A stretch of DNA of 64,000 nucleotides from positions 45,014-109,013 of IMG/VR virus record IMGVR_UViG_3300005758_000132. One strand, written 5' to 3'. The notes beneath the pieces were generated by a model. The model was not told the DNA's origin and made no database searches. It saw only the letters and a list, made by a program, of their open reading frames with translations. Made by a program: the position numbers and the translations under genes. Every line of letters begins with the position of its first letter. The first letter of the stretch is position 1. Of this stretch, positions 60,268-64,000 are shown in pieces. The stretch is from a virus.

Positions 60268-60710
60268 GGCAGTTCCTTTTTCTTGCGCGGTTTGCGCGCC
60301 GCGATAACGGCCTTTGGTTTTTTCACGGCAGCGGTGACGGAAGGCTCAAACTCCTCACGCTTATCCCAAGCGTTGAACGCGTCAGCAGCAGAGCCGGTTT
60401 CTTGCACGTGCTGAATCAGCGCGTCTGAGTTTTCCTTAGCCTTTTCCTTCGCCTCAGCTGCTCGCTCAGCCGAAGCCGTCTTTTCGGCCGTAGCTGTAGC
60501 GTCTGCGGCTGTAGTAGCGGCGTAAGCAGTAGTTGTTCGAATAACGGTATCGACTGCGCTAGACTGCACGGCTCTAGCGTCTTCCAGCTTCTTAGACGTC
60601 TCGTCCAAGAGCTTCATCGCAGCGCGCAAGCGCCAGAACAGACACAGGACGAGCACGCCAAGCGCCACTAGCGTCCAAACGACCCACTTGGGCATAGAGT
60701 AGAACTTCAT
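60264..60710 (-). CDS. Membrane-anchored coiled-coil protein (i-spanin-like)
   Basis: N-terminal TM, Ala-rich helix, ATGA-coupled to endolysin. Confidence 0.5.
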   Translation of the reverse strand: MKFYSMPKWVVWTLVALGVLVLCLFWRLRAAMKLLDETSKKLEDARAVQSSAVDTVIRTTTAYAATTAADATATAEKTASAERAAEAKEKAKENSDALIQHVQETGSAADAFNAWDKREEFEPSVTAAVKKPKAVIAARKPRKKKELP

Positions 60711-61411
60711 TTGTACCGCCCGGCGCCAAAGTCTAACGGGCTCAGTCGTCCCCACCCATGAATAAGCGCCCGATCAGATACCTTTACGAGATCGTACGAG
60801 CAAAGCACCACGGCTTCACGGCGAGTCTTTCCGTCAGGCCCTTGCCCAGTTCGATTGCCCTCGAAGGTTGTCAGCTTACTACCGTCCCAGCTTCTGACCA
60901 TCGTGATGTGATCAGCGCCGTCACCGCGTCTCGACCAGTCGATGAGCAGAATATCGCCTGGCCGCAGGTCCAAGTCCTGCACGGCTACTGACTTATGCTT
61001 GTCCGCGCCATACCAAACGCGAGACGCGCGCTGTTGCGCGTGCCAGTCTTTGATCTTGATCCACCTACCATCGTCCGCAGCCACCAACGTGTCTAAGCGA
61101 GCTGGGTTGACGTTTTTGCGCGCGCCGTATGTGAAAAACGCCTCGACGTTAAGGCAGTGCAAAAATGACGTGTTGAAGTCCTTGTTCATGCCAGCACGAA
61201 GCAACCACGAGCACGCGGCCATGCCGCACCAGTCAGGGATCTTATCTGACTCGCCTTTAGGGACGCCCACAGCAGACCACCCGCTAGCCTTGAACATCTC
61301 GTCGATGATAGAGCCAGTGGTCCGGTCGTTTTCTCCCGCAAACGCAAGCCAGTCACGCTCAGCCGCCGCTACAGCCAACATAGGAGGAGACGCTGGGGGA
61401 ATGTCCGTCAT
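60707..61411 (-). CDS. CHAP-domain endolysin/amidase
   Basis: DWCG, PGDI, DHITMV, EGN. Confidence 0.75.
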   Translation of the reverse strand: MTDIPPASPPMLAVAAAERDWLAFAGENDRTTGSIIDEMFKASGWSAVGVPKGESDKIPDWCGMAACSWLLRAGMNKDFNTSFLHCLNVEAFFTYGARKNVNPARLDTLVAADDGRWIKIKDWHAQQRASRVWYGADKHKSVAVQDLDLRPGDILLIDWSRRGDGADHITMVRSWDGSKLTTFEGNRTGQGPDGKTRREAVVLCSYDLVKVSDRALIHGWGRLSPLDFGAGRYK

Positions 61412-61417
61412 GTCAGT

Positions 61418-61720
61418 TTAGTCCTTCTTGTCTTTGCAGCTGGAGGCTAGTCCCTTAGCGCGTGACGTAATGATATGCTTACACGCTTTCAAAACGACTG
61501 GCCCGACCTCGACTACACCTAGACCAAGTGCGAGCCCGAAAGACCAATACTCGCTGCCGGCGAGTTGGTAAACAACTAGCGCACCCAGCGCGCCCGCGAT
61601 CGCGAGTACTGCGATACGCTTCAAGCGCTCAGAGCGCGCTAGTGCCATGGTCGCGCGCACGGATTGCGCAGCTAGCGCGAGGACAAGCACCACAGCGATT
61701 ACGACCGTCCACGTGCTCAC
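61418..61720 (-). CDS. Putative holin
   Basis: 100 aa, 2-3 TM helices, basic tail, upstream of endolysin. Confidence 0.6.
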   Translation of the reverse strand: MSTWTVVIAVVLVLALAAQSVRATMALARSERLKRIAVLAIAGALGALVVYQLAGSEYWSFGLALGLGVVEVGPVVLKACKHIITSRAKGLASSCKDKKD

Positions 61721-62082
61721 TTGTCGCCTCCCGAAAACTTGAAGTTGCGCAGCTGGTCTTTGATCATGTCTAGCGAGCCTTCTACATTGCTCAGCTTCTG
61801 AAGGATCGTCTGTTGAGTCTTTGAAAACTCAACGTTGCTGATCTCTAGCGCTTGAATACGCTTATCGTGCTCGGTCCACTTGGCCTCAAACGTAGCACGA
61901 GCCGCGCCTTCACCAATCAGGAAGCCAACACCAGTGCCGATACCTCCGGAACCAAACGCTATAGCAAGCCACGCGAGCTTTCCCCACGTGATGAACTTGC
62001 TGACTCGCTCTACGGCGCGTGTAGCTGGTCCATGCTCATGAGATGACACTTGATCAACGATAGGCTTTCGTCTGTCTCGCAT
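61717..62082 (-). CDS. TM plus coiled-coil protein (lysis accessory)
   Basis: Single TM followed by heptad repeats. Confidence 0.5.
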   Translation of the reverse strand: MRDRRKPIVDQVSSHEHGPATRAVERVSKFITWGKLAWLAIAFGSGGIGTGVGFLIGEGAARATFEAKWTEHDKRIQALEISNVEFSKTQQTILQKLSNVEGSLDMIKDQLRNFKFSGGDK

Positions 62083-62100
62083 TTAAGTACTCCCTAATAA

Positions 62101-62478
62101 TTAAGGGCCAACGCTCTCAACAATATTGACTCTAGTTGGCATCGTAAACGGCTCAGGGTCAAAGCCAGCTTGTTGTACCCAGACAGCGTACCAATACGAA
62201 TCAGACGTCAAAGTCAGCAATGTGCCAAAATTAACGTCAAGGTAAGAATTATCTAACCCAGGCACAACAGATATTTCAGACGCGTCATTCGTTGATAAAC
62301 GCAGTACAATATCAGCGTTCAATCCGACATCTTCTGCCACTGTGATAAATAGCTCGGCGGCGATCGTAGTAAAGTCAACAGGAGACCCATCACGCAGAGT
62401 ACGCATACGGATAACGTTGCGCGCACCTCGCACTAGCTCTAGCTCCGGTCCTGCGACTACTGATGTCGTGCACGTCAT
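62101..62478 (-). CDS. Virion-associated beta-rich protein (BppU-N-like)
   Basis: LVRG..DGSPVDFT..YWY pattern. Confidence 0.45.
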   Translation of the reverse strand: MTCTTSVVAGPELELVRGARNVIRMRTLRDGSPVDFTTIAAELFITVAEDVGLNADIVLRLSTNDASEISVVPGLDNSYLDVNFGTLLTLTSDSYWYAVWVQQAGFDPEPFTMPTRVNIVESVGP

Positions 62479-62491
62479 GACTTTCTCCGTA

Positions 62492-64000
62492 TCATGGTCT
62501 AGAGCGTTTTCCTAAAATGACTCCGAACGAACGGACTGGCGCTAGCTTGACGCGGTCTATCACGCGCCGCAGGGTGATCGTTTTGAGCTTGGCTTCAGTA
62601 AACTCGACGCTCAACCCGTACATGTACGACATCAGGTTGATTACCGCAGACAGCGGTAACACGTAAGCGTTGCCTACTGTCTCGTATCTCAAGCGCGTCC
62701 AAGACGAATACGAGTACTTGACGTCTGACGTAACACTAGAGCTATGCTGTATCAAACCGCTTGTGGCGCTATCAACAGGTAGCCGATCAGCCTCAACTGC
62801 CGTGTAGTGATCTACGCCGGCCTCAGCCGTAAACTGATTCGACTTGGGTATGTGGAACATGCCGGAGCGCTGAATGTTTCCGTTCACGAACATCGTGTTG
62901 TTGCCAACTAGGTCTGGCAGCGACTTCACAGGATCGATGTTCTGGTCGCCTTGAAGTGTGGAAGCTACCCAATAGCTGCGCATGTCGTTGCCAAAGACGC
63001 CGCGAGCGTCTCTGGCGTATGTGTAATCCTGGATTTGCTGATCGGTGACGCTGCCTGCAATCAGGCCAGCCGCCACGAACTGCATGTTGGCGCCTCCTGC
63101 TATGCCTGCATGGAAGGCGCCGAAGTTCAAGCCATAGGCGTTCACTGACACATGCAGCGGAGGCCTGATCTCGCTGAGGTACTCCATATAGGTCATGGGA
63201 GAAGAGTAGAGCTTGTGAAATGCCCTGTAGGTGACCGTACTGGCCAGAGTGTCGACCGTGATGGCCGCTACGAATGGCGTCGTCTGCCAAGAGTACTGCG
63301 TCTGGAAGTAGTAGTTAAAGCTACTAAAGGTGGTGTAGCCGCTGAACTGGATGACGTCTTCGTAGTAATATGAGCCGGCGATCGAATCGATCGTTTGGTA
63401 CGGATACGTGGGGTAGTCGTCGTAGGTCGTGATGAGGCACCCGCCAGCAGCAAAGGGCCATGAGCCGCCAGGGTAGAGCTGCAATATCTTCACGAACAGG
63501 GTGTAGGTGCCGTTGACGGTTTCGATGCCGGCGGCCGCATTCGGCGACCACATGAAGCCGCTGGTTATGGTCTGTAGGTAGTCCTGCTCGACCCCGCCTT
63601 CGTATTCGTAGGCGGAGGCCTCATACGCAGTGAGGGCCAGCCCCGTCAGCGCGGCGGCTTGAGTAGGCGTCTGAGTAGCGGCCGACGAAGAGGTGTCGAT
63701 GCTCGTAGGCACGTCAGCATCGACTGGCGTGCGCGGCGCTGCTGATGCGTCATAAGCCAAGCCAGCTGAGGCAGCGTTGTACACAGGCGCAGTCGCTTGA
63801 GACGACGCGGTGTTGTTCTCCTGTACCAAGAAGACGTCGTCCGTCACAGTCGGGATGTGAGCTTCGATGTCGAGGTCGGTGGTGGTCACGTTGACGATGA
63901 CAACCACGTCGGCGTCAACCGGCGTGGTGACGTCTGCCCACTGAGCGTTGTTCTCCTCGACCAGGAAGACATCATCAGTCACAGTCGGGATGTGAGCTTC
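62492..64000 (-). CDS. Repeat-containing virion protein with LamG/lectin-like region, 5' end outside window
   Basis: Frame open to the right edge; 45-aa repeat; aromatic beta-rich domain. Confidence 0.55.
   Translation of the reverse strand, partial: EAHIPTVTDDVFLVEENNAQWADVTTPVDADVVVIVNVTTTDLDIEAHIPTVTDDVFLVQENNTASSQATAPVYNAASAGLAYDASAAPRTPVDADVPTSIDTSSSAATQTPTQAAALTGLALTAYEASAYEYEGGVEQDYLQTITSGFMWSPNAAAGIETVNGTYTLFVKILQLYPGGSWPFAAGGCLITTYDDYPTYPYQTIDSIAGSYYYEDVIQFSGYTTFSSFNYYFQTQYSWQTTPFVAAITVDTLASTVTYRAFHKLYSSPMTYMEYLSEIRPPLHVSVNAYGLNFGAFHAGIAGGANMQFVAAGLIAGSVTDQQIQDYTYARDARGVFGNDMRSYWVASTLQGDQNIDPVKSLPDLVGNNTMFVNGNIQRSGMFHIPKSNQFTAEAGVDHYTAVEADRLPVDSATSGLIQHSSSVTSDVKYSYSSWTRLRYETVGNAYVLPLSAVINLMSYMYGLSVEFTEAKLKTITLRRVIDRVKLAPVRSFGVILGKRSRP
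63808..64000. repeat. 135-nt period intragenic tandem repeat
   Basis: GTCACAGTCGGGATGTGAGCTTC at 63843-63865 and 63978-64000. Confidence 0.85.

Overview
A 64 kb piece of a large, moderately GC-rich tailed dsDNA phage genome. Genes are densely packed and all but one credible gene lie on the minus strand. Left to right: (i) an SPO1/Herelleviridae-like head module (neck/adaptor, two paralogous decoration/fibre proteins, major capsid, scaffold-like protein, prohead protease, MuF-like protein, portal, ParB-like protein, large terminase) containing two very large multi-domain proteins; (ii) about 15 kb of small accessory genes; (iii) a MoxR/VWA pair and a replication-recombination module (SbcCD, RecA, gp32-like SSB, UvsY-like, UDG-fused family A polymerase, primase, DnaB-like helicase, Prim-Pol, SF2 helicase); (iv) early cassettes including an ADP-ribosylglycohydrolase; (v) a lysis region and a repeat-containing virion protein cut by the right edge. 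The best candidate for an undescribed system is a head-cargo delivery system. Three otherwise unrelated head-module proteins share a 30-aa PPxG[FY]xP..GS..GG..WYP module, and most head proteins carry [ILV]-x-K-[AGS] putative maturation-protease sites. The cargo includes an ExE-type ADP-ribosyltransferase, a CCA/poly(A)-type nucleotidyltransferase and a kinase-fold domain with both catalytic Asp changed to Asn. A DraG-like eraser is encoded behind an early promoter. A second notable feature is a dispersed family of about ten sigma70-type promoters with a conserved AAAAACGTTT element, several followed by a 5' stem-loop. All family assignments come from motif recognition by eye; no database searches were run. 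No tRNA, rRNA, CRISPR array or integrase was seen.
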